From Octopus sinensis (lineage: Eukaryota), in contig NC_043023.1 in assembly GCF_006345805.1 (NCBI RefSeq), positions 12,958,001 through 13,022,000 of the forward strand: DNA of 64,000 bases, read 5' to 3'. Positions 29,333-44,032 of the stretch are shown in pieces; positions within the stretch are counted from its first letter, which is position 1; every line of letters starts with the position of its first letter. Made by a program: the position numbers and the translations under genes. The notes beneath the pieces were generated by a model, which worked only from the letters and a program-made list of their open reading frames with translations, was not told the origin of the DNA and ran no database searches.

Positions 29333-30000
29333 TATATAAATGGCCAAATGTCTGTCTGTGTGTGCGTGTCCTTTATAAAATCCACAATTTTTCAGTTAGA
29401 GGGCTCGCACTTTCTATGGTCATTCAAAACCGTCCAAGGGTGGTCGTACACATCTTTACATTACCCCAGTCACCCCGCAAAGCCATTAAAAAAATCAAGA
29501 GAACAAGGATCTCTGAACAAATAACAATATTTATTCTTCTGTCTGTACAAGCGTTACATCTCTGGACAATCAGTAGCTAGGTCGCCTTGGTGCAGAAGCA
29601 GCAGAGACAGTTTCATCACGATTGTGAAGGCATACTTCACAGATTCGCTGTAGTCATGGATCGCCTTCAGAATTCCAGCCACACGGAGCTGGTGAAGTTG
29701 CGTCCGGCTTGGTTGGAAGCAGGGGCGAAGAGAGAGAGAGGACAGCGGTCAAGCCTAGCTGATGCTGATGACTGCACATGCGCATAAGGGGCTTCCGGCA
29801 GGCTCTTACCCCTGCGCATGCGTGGATGAAAATCCTAAAATGGCGTCTGGGACCAGGTGTCACTACAAGGCTCCCCCTCGAGTGCAGGGCATGAAAATAG
29901 AAAGGTTGTAGTGGCACCAGAAATAAGATGGCTACCGATTACCCAGAAGATGTGGCACAAAATATGACAACTCAAAAGAAAATGTAATCACAATATACAT
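29333..30000 (+). mobile_element. Possible non-autonomous Helitron-like element (homologues at 10.6-11.2, 22.3-23.0 and 53.4-54.0 kb)
   Basis: A|TC-TATATATAAATGG...CTGTCTGTGTG 5' end resembles Helitron starts. No 3' CTRR or hairpin was identified. Confidence 0.3.
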
Positions 30001-31827
30001 ATAGGCGCAGGAGTGGCTGTGTGGTAAGTAGCTTGCTTACCAACCACATGGTTCCAGGTTCAGTCCCACTGCATAGCACCTTGGGTCAGTATCTTCTACT
30101 ATAGCCGCAGGCCAACCAAAGCCTTGTGAGTGGATTTGGTAGACGGAAACTGAAAGAAGCCTGTCGTATATTTGTATCTCTTATTATAAAAGGCACATTT
30201 TATCTGCCTCCCAAACCGTTTGTTCATTATACAAATCTACAATATCGAATTTCTCCAATTAGAATTTACCTATCATTTTTACGAGTAGAATCCATCGGGT
30301 CGTGGCAGGTACAGTTTTTCGAATTTCACCCCCAATTAAGCAAAAATTCGAGAAAACTCAATATTTTTAGAATTTCCTCTTTCATTTCAAGTGCTTCACT
30401 CCTCCCATTACCACCAAACTTTCTGCTACTTTCTCTTTGCAAGTGTACACACACATAGACACGCAAACATATACATATTTCAATGCTTTCCTCCGTTTTT
30501 TTTCGGGAAGTTCTTTTGAAGTTGGTGTCCATCGGAAGCATTGATGTACATGTGTGCGTGCGTGAGTGTGTGTGTGTTTGATAGGGTGTGCGACACAGAA
30601 CGTGTGGTGTGTAAGTGAAGTGTTTTTGTTAGTGTGTGTAAAGAGACAGAGAGAGTAATGTTGTGCTGTGTGTGTATGTGTGAAAGACAGAGATGACTGA
30701 ACTTATTTTATTCACTTTTTGTAGTGAGTGACTGAGAGAGAAAAGAAGAGAGAGAGGTTATGTATGTATATATGTATGTATGGCTTCAGTGACACACACA
30801 CAAAAACACATACCTACGTACACCTAAAGCACGCACACACACACAAGCGGAGCACGAACTTCAAAAGAACTTCACGCGCTATCTATCTGGTTTGCCATTC
30901 CTCACACACACGCAAACATATGACAGTGACAAACACAAACGTTTCAAACAACTACATGCAAACACACACGTGTGTGTTTGTTATTAGTAAAAAAGGCGCC
31001 AAACACAACTCACTTCTCATTCGAACACATTTGCAAAAACAAACCGACGGTCGAATTGCCATAACAATACAGAAAAGGTAAATTGGTGTTTAATTTACTT
31101 TCTGTCGTTAAATTTTGGTAGTATTAATTGGCGAGCATACTTCTGTTGTCAATTGTTGACAGAAAGAAATTGTAAGCTAATAAGGTGTGTGTGTGTGTCT
31201 GTAGGAAGTGAAGGATAAAAATATTGCAAGAAGTGGACAGATGTACATATATACATCCATACATACATGTGTGTGTGTGTCTATGTATGTGTGTTATCTC
31301 TATATAAAGCTGAAGTTGTCTGTGTGCGCCAGGTTTGGTAACCTTCAACTAACACTATCTCAACCAAGAACCTGCGGCGCAAGTTGACCAAAATTGAGAG
31401 TATGATAAAAGAAGGGTTGCTCTTCCTTCCGTAGAACATAAAATTCAAATCGGACCATGTTAACATCAAAAATTATTTACATCAAAAAGCTGCTTTTTTC
31501 TATGAAAATCCCTATTTTTTACCATTTTTTCACTGCTGTGTCGCCACTTTTCGGTGTATTTCAACCAGAAAAATGTTCACAAAATTTTGATTCTGATTCT
31601 CACTTGCCTCAACAGGTCTTCACAAGTAGAGTTTTGCGTCCCAAGAAGGAAAGCTATGCATAAGTGGACTGGCTACATCCCAGGTAGAGGCCATGGGTTA
31701 TGTTCTCACTTGTCCTGCCGGGTTGTAATAAATTTTCATATTGATACGATTACGCCTGTGGATGAATACTCAGATGTGAACTTAAGTGGCGTTTTTGAGA
31801 GAATGACTCACCACAGATATCACAATG

Positions 31828-33222
31828 TTATTGTTTTTCACCTGTATGAATACGTTTATGTTTAGGCAGGGTACTACTGTGAGAGAATGATTTACCACAG
31901 ATATCACACTGATATGGTTTCTCTCCTGTATGAGTACGTAGGTGTCCAGTTAAAGTGCCAATTTCAGAGAATGACTCACCACAGATATCACAGTGATATG
32001 GTTTTTTCCCAGTATGAATACATTTACGTTTAGGCAAGTCACTACTGTGAGAGAATGATTTACCACAGATATCGCAATGGTATGGCTTCTCTCCTGTATG
32101 AGTACGTTTGTGTCTAGGTAAGTCAGCACTTCGAGAAAATGATTTACCACAGATATCACACTGATATGGTTTTTCTCCAGTATGAACACGTCTGTGCCTT
32201 CTTAGATCACAACTTTGAGAGAATGAATTACCACAGATATCACAGTGATATGGTTTTTCCCCAGTATGAATACGTTTATGTTTAATTAAGTCACTGCTGT
32301 AAGAGAATGATTTACCACAGATATTACAATGGTATGGCTTCTCTCCTGTATGAATATGTTTGTGACTGATTAAATTGCTATTACGAGAGAATGATTCACC
32401 ACAGATATCACATTGATATGGTTTTTCCCCAGTATGAATACGTATATGACTAGTCAAATGACTATTTGCAGTGAATGATTTACCACAGATGTCACAATGG
32501 TATGGCTTCTCTCCTGTATGAATACGTTTGTGATCAGTTAAACTGTTACTTATAGAAAATGATTTACCACAGATATCACAATGATGGGGCTTTTCTCTTG
32601 TATGTGTACGTTTGTGTTTATTTAAGTCACTACTGGTAGAGAATGATTTACCACAGATATCACACTGATATGGTTTCTCTCCTGTATGGGTACGTTTGTG
32701 TTTAGGCAAGTCACTACTGTGAGAAAATGATTTACCACAGATATCACACTGATATGGTTTCTCTCCTGTATGAGTACGTTTGTGATGAGTTAAAGTGCTA
32801 TTTTGAGAAAATGATTTACCACAGATATCACACTGATGCGGCCTTTCCCCATTATGAATAAATTTGTGATGAGTTAAATTGCTATATTCAGAAAATGATT
32901 TACCACAGATATCACACTGATGTGGCTTTTCCCCAGTATGAATAAATTTGTGATGAGTTAAAGTGCTATTTTGAGAAAATGATTTACCACAGATATCACA
33001 CTGATGCGGCTTTTCCCCAGTATGAATAAATTTGTGATGAGTTAAATTGCTATTGTCAGAAAATGATTTACCACAGATATCACACTGACATGGTTTTTCT
33101 CCAGTATGAACACGTCTGTGCCTTCTTAGATTATAACTTTGAGAGAATGACTTACCACAGATATCACAGTGATGTGACTTCTCTTTTTTATCAGAGATTT
33201 TTGCTTTAGTTGAATTATTCAT
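31828..33222 (-). CDS. Zinc-finger copy E: 16 fingers, TAT>TAA stop just before the ancestral last finger (ancestral stop at 31750)
   Basis: 464-aa ORF with promoter at 35.4 kb. Confidence 0.85.
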   Translation of the reverse strand: MNNSTKAKISDKKEKSHHCDICGKSFSQSYNLRRHRRVHTGEKPCQCDICGKSFSDNSNLTHHKFIHTGEKPHQCDICGKSFSQNSTLTHHKFIHTGEKPHQCDICGKSFSEYSNLTHHKFIHNGERPHQCDICGKSFSQNSTLTHHKRTHTGEKPYQCDICGKSFSHSSDLPKHKRTHTGEKPYQCDICGKSFSTSSDLNKHKRTHTREKPHHCDICGKSFSISNSLTDHKRIHTGEKPYHCDICGKSFTANSHLTSHIRIHTGEKPYQCDICGESFSRNSNLISHKHIHTGEKPYHCNICGKSFSYSSDLIKHKRIHTGEKPYHCDICGNSFSQSCDLRRHRRVHTGEKPYQCDICGKSFSRSADLPRHKRTHTGEKPYHCDICGKSFSHSSDLPKRKCIHTGKKPYHCDICGESFSEIGTLTGHLRTHTGEKPYQCDICGKSFSHSSTLPKHKRIHTGEKQ

Positions 33223-34331
33223 TATGAGAGAATAATTTCGTTATACATATCATAATGATAGTATCTGTTTCATTTCTATGAATGTTTGTGTTCAAATGCA
33301 TCAGAGAATAATTAAATGTTATGTTACTTTCATTGGTGATCTTGCTTAATATCTAAAACAGAAGATATAAATTGGTTAACTCTTTCGTAAAGTTACTCAA
33401 ACTTAACCTGTAGGTTCATCATCATCTCTACATTCCAGATGGCAAAAAAAATGTTGCTCTTAATTCCATCATCCAGAAGAAATATTTCCCCATTGTTCGT
33501 CGAAGATTTTATTTATATAAAGAAGCTGATGTTTTGATGAATGTGCCTTATGAATATATGGTCTTCCTTTAATTGATGAAAGTCAATAAAAATATCAGAC
33601 ACACATCTTAACGAAGAAATTTCTTTTAAATCAACATGGTATGATATTATGAAATAGGAAAAAAATTCATTTCTATGAATATATTTGTTTTGCTATTTTC
33701 AGAGAATAATTTAATGCTATGCTTCTTTCATCTGAGATTTTGCTTAATATCTAAATCAAGAGGTGACAATTGTCTACCCCTTTGTAAAGTTATCCAAGCT
33801 TAATTAACCTGTAAAACAATCATCTCCTCTATATTCCAGACAGCAAAGACTTCAAATTGTTGCTGTTAATTCCATCGTCCAGAAGAAATATTTTGCAGTT
33901 GTTTTTCACAGATTTCCTTTATAAGATGAGTTTGATGTATTGATGAATGCTCCTTATAAATATATCATCTTCCTTTGGTTGATGGGAGCTGATAAAATAT
34001 CAGAGGCACATCTGAATGAAGTAATTTCTTTCATATCAACAGGATGTTATATTCTGAAATAGAAAAAAAGAAGCTGTGAGATAAAGAGAATCATTAAACG
34101 ACATAGTAATTCAACATTGCAAATCTTACATCAACACTGTCATCCATTTAATGTCTATGTTTGCAGGGGTCAGAATCCATTGAGGCATTGAAACTTTTAC
34201 AACATTCTCTATAGAGATTTCTCTATTGTTCTGCTGTGGGAAAAATTTTGGTGAAGGGTTAATTAAAATTTTGGCAAGGATGGATTCAATCTACTTCATG
34301 CGTGCATGATTCACTACAAATATATTTGTAT

Positions 34332-34364
<33 letters not shown>

Positions 34365-35384
34365 CAAGTATTAAGAGAGGGACCACATGTGGTCACTCTA
34401 ACGCTAGAAATAGATCCGCAAAGGGAATCCGCCACTAAAGAATTGTTCTCAAGCATTAATTCAACACGCCAAGAATGTAAGAGGGCAGGACAAATGAAAA
34501 ATAACGAAAAAATGGATTAACTCTATACAATTGTTTCATCGTTAATAGATTGTGTAATTTTACTTACAAATCATTTTCGAATCATCGGTAGAGTATATCA
34601 AAAACATAATTTGCTGAACCAAACGCCAAAATCCATACGAAATTGATGTTATTAATTAATATTCAATTTCTTTCACCTTTACACACACACATATATGTAT
34701 ACATAATAATACATATATATGCATAAATACATACGTATACGTACATACATGTTTGTTTATATTCGCGAGTGCCCGTTCTGCGTATTTTATTTTTTAGTAT
34801 AAAATATTTAAAAATAGATCAATCTTCCTAATTTTCTCCATACTTTATGTATTCTGGATATATTTCCCATTTCCTAACTTTTTCTCACAAGTAAGCGTCA
34901 TTATCTTGGAGAGGTGCGCGGTACTACTAGCGAACAGTGGTCCCGGTGCGCGCACTCACGCATCCGTGCTAGCTAGTCGTAAGTAGTCGATCCTACGACT
35001 TTTTAACCCTAACCTTAGTTTGTTTACAAAAATAACGTATTTACTTAGTTTCAAAAATTGTAGGATCGACTACTTACGACTAGTAAGCGCGGATATGCGA
35101 GTGCTCACACCGGGACCACTGTTCGCTAGTAGTACCTTATCATTATTGGTATTATCATCATCATTACAGCCTTAAAATAAATCTTTATCAACTTACCGTA
35201 TTCAAATACAAACAACGAGTCAGTGATCGTTAATTAAGCACCTTAATTAATTAATTAAGGAAAGTTATATCCCTTTATATGGTTATAGTTCTTCAATTTT
35301 CTATGACTGGTTCGTTTCGTTCCGGTGTCTTCTTTGTCCCATTCTGTCAACGATTTTACCTTCAAGGTAATATAGAATATATAC

Positions 35385-35548
35385 ACTCACATATTCTAAT
35401 CTACGACCGTTTCCAGCGCACGAACTGGACCCCGTCGCAGACACCGAAAGAAAGAAGGCATCTTTGACTTATATCTTCCTGATGTGACGTCAGGCCGTTG
35501 CACTTCCGATCCGTTTCTGACGTCATTTTCTCTCCTGTCCAATCATTG
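35385..35548 (-). promoter_or_regulatory. Putative promoter of copy E
   Basis: Same module, abutting the 16-copy array. Confidence 0.6.
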
Positions 35549-35601
35549 TCCTTCCTTCACACTTCTCTCTCATCTAAAGAACAATGCTTGGATACCTTTT
35601 G

Positions 35602-37938
35602 GGGATCTTTTCGGTTTGACCGGCAGTTTTTTAAAATAATTTCCACGTAACTAAACACTTTTAAACTTCGTATACTGGTAGAATGTGTTTATAAAACATC
35701 TGTTTCTCTTGGCTTTATTGAAAATTCAGTAGTTTGTAAGATATTTGGGATCTTTTCGGTTTGACCGGCAGTTTTTTTAAATAATTTCCACGTAACTAAA
35801 CACTTTTAAACTTCGTATACTGGTAGAATGTGTTTATAAAACATCTTTTTCTCTTGGCTTTATTGAGAAAATTCTACAGTGTGGAAGATATTTGGGATCT
35901 TTTCGGTTTGAACGGCAGTTTTTTAAATAATTTCCACGTAACTAAACACTTTTGAACTTCGTATACTGGTAGAATGTGTTTATAAAACATTTTTCTCTTG
36001 GCTTTATTGAGAAGATTCTATAGTTTGTAAGATATTTGGGATCTTTTCGGTTTGACCGGCAGTTTTTTTAAATAATTTCCACGTAACTAAACACTTTTAA
36101 ACTTCGTATACTGGTAGAATGTGTTTATAAAACATCTTTTTCTCTTGGCTTTATTGAGAAAATTCTATAGTTTGTAAGATATTTGGGATCTTTTCGGTTT
36201 GAACGGCAGTTTTTTAAAATAATTTCCACGTAACTAAACACTTTTAAACTTCGTATACTGGTAGAATGTGTTTATAAAACATCTTTTTCTCTTGGCTTTA
36301 TTGAGAAAATTCTATAGTTTGTAAGATATTTGGGATCTTTTCGGTTTGACCGGCAGTTTTTTTAAATAATTTCCACGTAACTAAACACTTTTAAACTTCG
36401 TATACTGGTAGAATGTGTTTATAAAACATCTTTTTCTCTTGGCTTTATTGAGAAAATTCTAGTGTGGAAGATATTTGGGATCTTTTCGGTTTGACCGGCA
36501 GTTTTTTAAAATAATTTCCACGTAACTAAACACTTTTAAACTTCGTATACTGGTAGAATGTGTTTATAAAACATCTTTTTCTCTTGGCTTTATTGAGAAA
36601 ATTCTATAGTTTGTAAGATATTTGGGATCTTTTCGGTTTGACCGGCAGTTTTTTTAAATAATTTCCACGTAACTAAACACTTTTAAACTTCGTATACTGG
36701 TAGAATGTGTTTATAAAACATCTTTTTCTCTTGGCTTTATTGAGAAAATTCTATTGTTTGTAAGATATTTGGGATCTTTTCGGTTTGACCGGCAGTTTTT
36801 AAAAATAATTTCCACGTAACTAAACACTTTTAAACTTCGTATACTGGTAGAATGTGTTTATAAAACATCTTTTTCTCTTGGCTTTATTGAGAAAATTCTA
36901 TAGTTTGTAAGATACTTGGGATCTTTTCGGTTTGACCGGCAGTTTTTTAAAATAATTTCCCCGTAACTAAACACTTTTAAACTTCGTATACTGGTAGAAT
37001 GTGTTTATAAAACATTTTTCTCTTGGCTTTATTGAGAATATTCTATAGTTTGTAAGATATTTGGGATCTTTTCGGTTTGAACGGCAGTTTTTAAAAATAA
37101 TTTCCACGTAACTAAACACTTTTAAACTTCGTATACTGGTAGAATGTGTTTATAAAACATCTTTTTCTCTTGGCTTTATTGAGAAAATTCTATAGTTTGT
37201 AAGATATTTGGGATCTTTTCGGTTTGACCGGCAGTTTTTTTAAATAATTTCCACGTAACTAAACACTTTTAAACTTCGTATACTGGTAGAATGTGTTTAT
37301 AAAACATCTTTTTCTCTTGGCTTTATTGAGAAAATTCTATAGTTTGTAAGATATTTGGGATCTTTTCGGTTTGAACGGCAGTTTTTTAAAATAATTTCCA
37401 CGTAACTAAACACTTTTAAACTTCGTATACTGGTAGAATGTGTTTATAAAACATCTTTTTCTCTTGGCTTTATTGAGAAAATTCTATAGTTTGTAAGATA
37501 TTTGGGATCTTTTCGGTTTGACCGGCAGTTTTTTTAAATAATTTCCACGTAACTAAACACTTTTAAACTTCGTATACTGGTAGAATGTGTTTATAAAACA
37601 TCTTTTTCTCTTGGCTTTATTGAGAAAATTATAGTGGAAGATATTTGGGATCTTTTCGGTTTGACCGGCAGTTTTTAAATAATTTCCACGTAACTAAACA
37701 CTTTTAAACTTCGTATACTGGTAGAATGTGTTTATAAAACATCTTTTTCTCTTGGCTTTATTGAGAAAATTCTATAGTTTGTAAGATATTTGGGATCTTT
37801 TCGGTTTGAACGACAGTTTTTTAAAATAATTTCCACGTAACTAAACACTTTTAAACTTCGTATTCTGGTAGAATGTGTTTATAAGACATCTTTTTCTCTT
37901 GGCTTTATTGAGAAAATTCTACTGTTTGTAAGATATTT
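35602..37938. repeat. Tandem array of 16 x ~143-147 bp MITE-terminal modules
   Basis: GGGATCTTTTCGGTTTGA recurs at 35602, 35747, 35894 ... 37792. Confidence 0.95.
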
Positions 37939-38319
37939 GTTGTTTTTTTTCTTCAATTTCTGCAATTTGAACCAATCACTGACGTTTATTGAGGTAAAAA
38001 AAACATTCTGTGCCGTATGAATATGTCCCTCGTTTAAGAAACAGATTTGGTTTATTTATATTTGTGAAAAAAAAAATATACCCTTCCCCTAAAACAGATT
38101 GAAATGCAAGAGATCGATACTAGGGTCGTAATTATGGGTGACAATTTCATATGGCACCACTCGAAAAAACTGCCGTTCAAACCGAAAAGATCCGTTTTCA
38201 CTTCTATATGATTACTTTAACATCGAAGGGTTCACATAATCCCATTATTTACTGGCAGGGTCACTAGCACGCCAGACAAAATGCTTCACAATATTTCGTT
38301 CGTCAATAGCTTTGTTGAG

Positions 38320-38953
38320 GGATCTTTTCCTTTTGAACGGCAGTTTTCAACACAATTTCTAGTTAACTAAATACTTTAAAACTTCGTATACTGGTAGAAT
38401 GTGTGAAAATAAAACATTTTTTTTGTCTTGGCTTTCTTGAGAAAATTGTAATTTGAAAGTTTAACGTAGTTTAATTTTTCGAAATTTAACCAATCCTATG
38501 CCCTCTATTGAGCTAAAGTCATTTGCTGCGTCTAAAACTGAGACAACATCCTGTCACTAACCTTAACCCTAACCCTCACCCTCACCCAAAATTTTAGCCT
38601 TTCATTTTTTTTTTTTTTAATTGTTAAATTAATTTAAGGATAACAATTATAAAAAAAAAACGAAAGGCTAAAATAAAAGCAATGGAAAATAATTTAAACA
38701 ATTAACAAACAAAATAATTCTATTGGATGTTGTCTTAGTTTTAAATGCAGCAAATGATTTTAGCTCAATAGAGGAGATTCATTGGTTAAAATTCGAAAAT
38801 TAACCTACGTTAAACTTACAAATTACAAATTTCTCAAGAAAGCCAAGAGAAGAAAATGTTTTATTTTGACACATTCTACCAGTATACGAAATTTAAAAGT
38901 GTGTAGTTAACTAGAAATTGTATTGAAAACTGGCCATCAAAAGAAAAAGATCC
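38320..38953. mobile_element. Older foldback relative with ~220-bp inverted arms and an 8-bp TSD (TTGTTGAG); truncated copy at 13141-13290
   Basis: TTGTTGAG|GGATC ... GATCC|TTGTTGAG at 38312-38319 and 38954-38961. Confidence 0.8.
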
Positions 38954-41247
38954 TTGTTGAGCTATACATTAAAATAATCAGGAACAAGGGCGTGTCGGTC
39001 TATAGCTTCTTTTGCTACACAGTGTGAAGGTGGCTACCATCGACCATTTAATTCTCCAAAACACCTCTCTCGACTAAACAGACGTTCCATTTTTACGGAC
39101 GAACCACAAGGAAAATCCCTGTCTACTTTGCTCTCGAAGCAGGAATTCCATGGAGGTCGACTTTGCCTTTAATCCCTTCAGCGTTGACGGATTAAATACC
39201 AGTAATCCACTATCCGCTCCCCACAAGAATTCGGCCCTTCTGCCTAGTGTAGAAAACATTTTATTTTTATCATTATTCATCGACACCGAAACGAATGAAC
39301 GTCGAAGCCATCCATGGCAGAAACTCCTGACTTCAAATACGGCCGAGGTCGACTTTGTCTTTCAACCCTTTCAGGAAATACTGGGTTCTATGTATTCAAC
39401 TTCCGGCTCACATGACAAAAATTACTGGCCTTAGCCAAAATTTGAAACCATCATCATCGTTACTATTATTAATATAACTTTAAAGTAAGTCATTATCAAC
39501 TCACCAATTAATTAGTGCCTCTTAAGCAACAGGGCAACGTTAATTAATGTGATATTTTTCAATCGGATTCCCCTCATTTTACTAATTAATTATGCTACAT
39601 TACACCCACTTTAGATGTCAATTTACCTTATATCACATGGAACAGTCAATCATAGGTTTTCATAAACAACGGATCAACATTTCAGTTTGGAAGTTATTAA
39701 TTAAGACGAGCAAATTATATTTTCTTAATTGTTGTCAGGTTCCCGCTTCGAAAAATAATTACTGTAACATCGAGAGGTTCACAGAATTCTATTATTCACA
39801 TTATTATTATTATTATTAGTAGTAGTAGTAGTATTATCACCTTTACAGCCTTAAAGTACATCTTTGTCCACTTACCGTATTCACAAATAAGCAACGAGTC
39901 AGTGAAGCAGTAATTAAGCTCCTTAATTAAGAATCTACTTGGACCGTGGTTGAAGTATAGTAGAAGTTATTTCCCTTTACATGGTTGTCTTCTTTCAGTT
40001 CTCCAATAGGTGGCTCTACTGACTGGTGGGATTCGTTGCAGTTTCCTCTTTGTCCCTTTCTGTCAAGAACTTCACTTTCAAGGGTTTTCAAATTTTTACA
40101 AGATTCTTTCAATAAAGTGTACTCACACATTCGGATCTTTTCGGTTTGAACGGCAGTATTTTCTTGCAGTGTCATATGAAATTGTCACCCATAATTATGA
40201 CCCTAGTATCGATCTGTTGCATTTAAATCTGTTTTAGGTTTAGGGATGGGGGGGGGAAAGCTATCTTTTTTTCTCCACAAATGTAAATAAACCCAATCTG
40301 TTTCTTAAACGAGGGACATATTCATACGGCACAGAATGTTTTTTACCTCAATGGACGTCTTAAGGGGATACAGCCTAAGAAAGGAAGCAAAATCTGAGTG
40401 GAACCTGGAGCAGCACTCTGGCTTGCCAGCTCAGACTTTCCCACCCAAACCTGCAAAGAAAATGGACACTGAAGAAGAAGAAGAAGAAGAAGAAGGAAGA
40501 TGATGATGATGATGATGATGAAAACACAACAAAGACAAAATCAATGTCACTCAAAACTTTTATTCCTTAATCCCATTCCTTTATTCTCTCAAAACAAATT
40601 CCTCAAAAATCCAGCACAATCATCTTCAGAAACCAAAGTCATCTCTGTGTTGATGTATTTAGATATGTAAATGATATTGAAGTTGAGATTCATGAATTTC
40701 ATGTTGACATCCAAGAAACTGAAGTTAATAATGTCAAGCTTGAAGAGGAATAAACCCTGTCTTTTAGCAGACAAAATATTCATAATTCTTGTCATCATCA
40801 TCATTTAGCGTCCGCTTTCCATGCCAGCATGGGTTGGATGGTTCAACTGGGGTCTGGGAAGCCAGAAGGCTGCACCTGGCCCAGTCTGATCTAGCAATGT
40901 TTCTACGGCTGGATGCCCTTCCTAACGCCAACCACTCCGTGAGTGTAGTGAGTGCTTTTTACGTGCCACCATTACAGGTGCCAGGCGAGACTGGCAATGG
41001 CCATGATCGTATGGTGCTTTTTACATGCCACCAGCATTGGTATCACAGCTTCAATTTCCATTGATGTTGGTTTATTTCGATTTTGATTCTGATTCTCACT
41101 TGCCTCAACAAGTCTTCACAAGTAGAGTTTTGTGTCCCAAGAAGGAAAGGTATGCATAAGTGGACTGGCTACATCCCAGGTAGAGGCCATTGGTTATGGT
41201 CTCACTTGTCCTGCCGGGTTGTAACAAATTTTGATATTGATAATTTA

Positions 41248-42883
<1,636 letters not shown>

Positions 42884-43997
42884 TATGAGAGAATAATTTT
42901 GTTATACATATCACAATGATAGTATCTGTTTCATTTCTATGAATGTTTGCATTCAAATGCATCAGAGAATAATTAAATGTTATGTTACTTTCATTGGTGA
43001 TCTTGCTTAATATCTTAGACAGAAGATATAAATTGGTTAACTCTTTTGTAAAGTTACTCAAACTTAACCTGTAGGTTCATCATCATCTCTACATTCCAGA
43101 TGGCAAAAAAAATGTTGCTCTTAATTCCATCGTCCAGAAGAAATATTTCCCCATCGTTCGTTGAAGAATTTATTTATATAAAGAAGCTGATGTATTGACG
43201 AATGTGCCTTATGAATATATGATCTTCCTTTAATTGATGAACGTCAATAAAAACATCAGACACACATCTGAATGAAGAAATTTCTTTTAAATCAACATGG
43301 TATGATATTCTGAAATAGGAAAAAAATTCATTTCTATGAATATATTTGTGTTGCTATTTTCAGAGAATAATTTAATGCTATGCTTCTTTCATCTGTGATT
43401 TTGCTTAATATCTAAATCAAGAGGTGACAATTGTCTACCCGTTTGTAAAGTCATCCAAGCTTAATTAACCTGTAAAACAATCATCTCCTCTATATTCCAG
43501 ACAGCAAAGACTTCAAATTGTTGCTGTTAATTCCATCGTCCAGAAGAAATATTTTGCTGTTGTTTTTCACAGATTTCCTTTATAAGATGAGTTTGATGTA
43601 TTGATGAATGCTCCTTATAAATATATCATCTTCCTTTGGTTGATGGGAGCTGATAAAATATCAGAGGCACATCTGAATGAAGTAATTTCTTTCATATCAA
43701 CAGGATGTTATATTCTGAAATAGAAAAAAAAAGAAGCAGTGAGATAAAGAGAATCATTAAACGACATAGTAATTCAACATTGCAAATCTTACAACATCAA
43801 CACTGTCATCCATTTAATGTCTATGTTTGCAGGGGTCAGAATCCATTGAGGCATTGAAACGTTTACAACATTCTGTATAGAGATTTCTCTATTGTTCTGC
43901 CGTGGGAAAAATTTTGGTGATGGGTTAATTAGAATTTTGGCTATGGTGGATCCAATCTACTTCATGCGTGCAAGATTCACTACAAATATATTTGTAT

Positions 43998-44032
<35 letters not shown>

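Noticed and set aside
35602-37938. Possible CRISPR-like array
   Set aside because: Eukaryotic context, whole units repeat with no unique spacers, and there are no cas genes.
38557-38588. Interstitial telomere
   Set aside because: Only 2-4 degenerate CCCTAA units, inside a MITE body.
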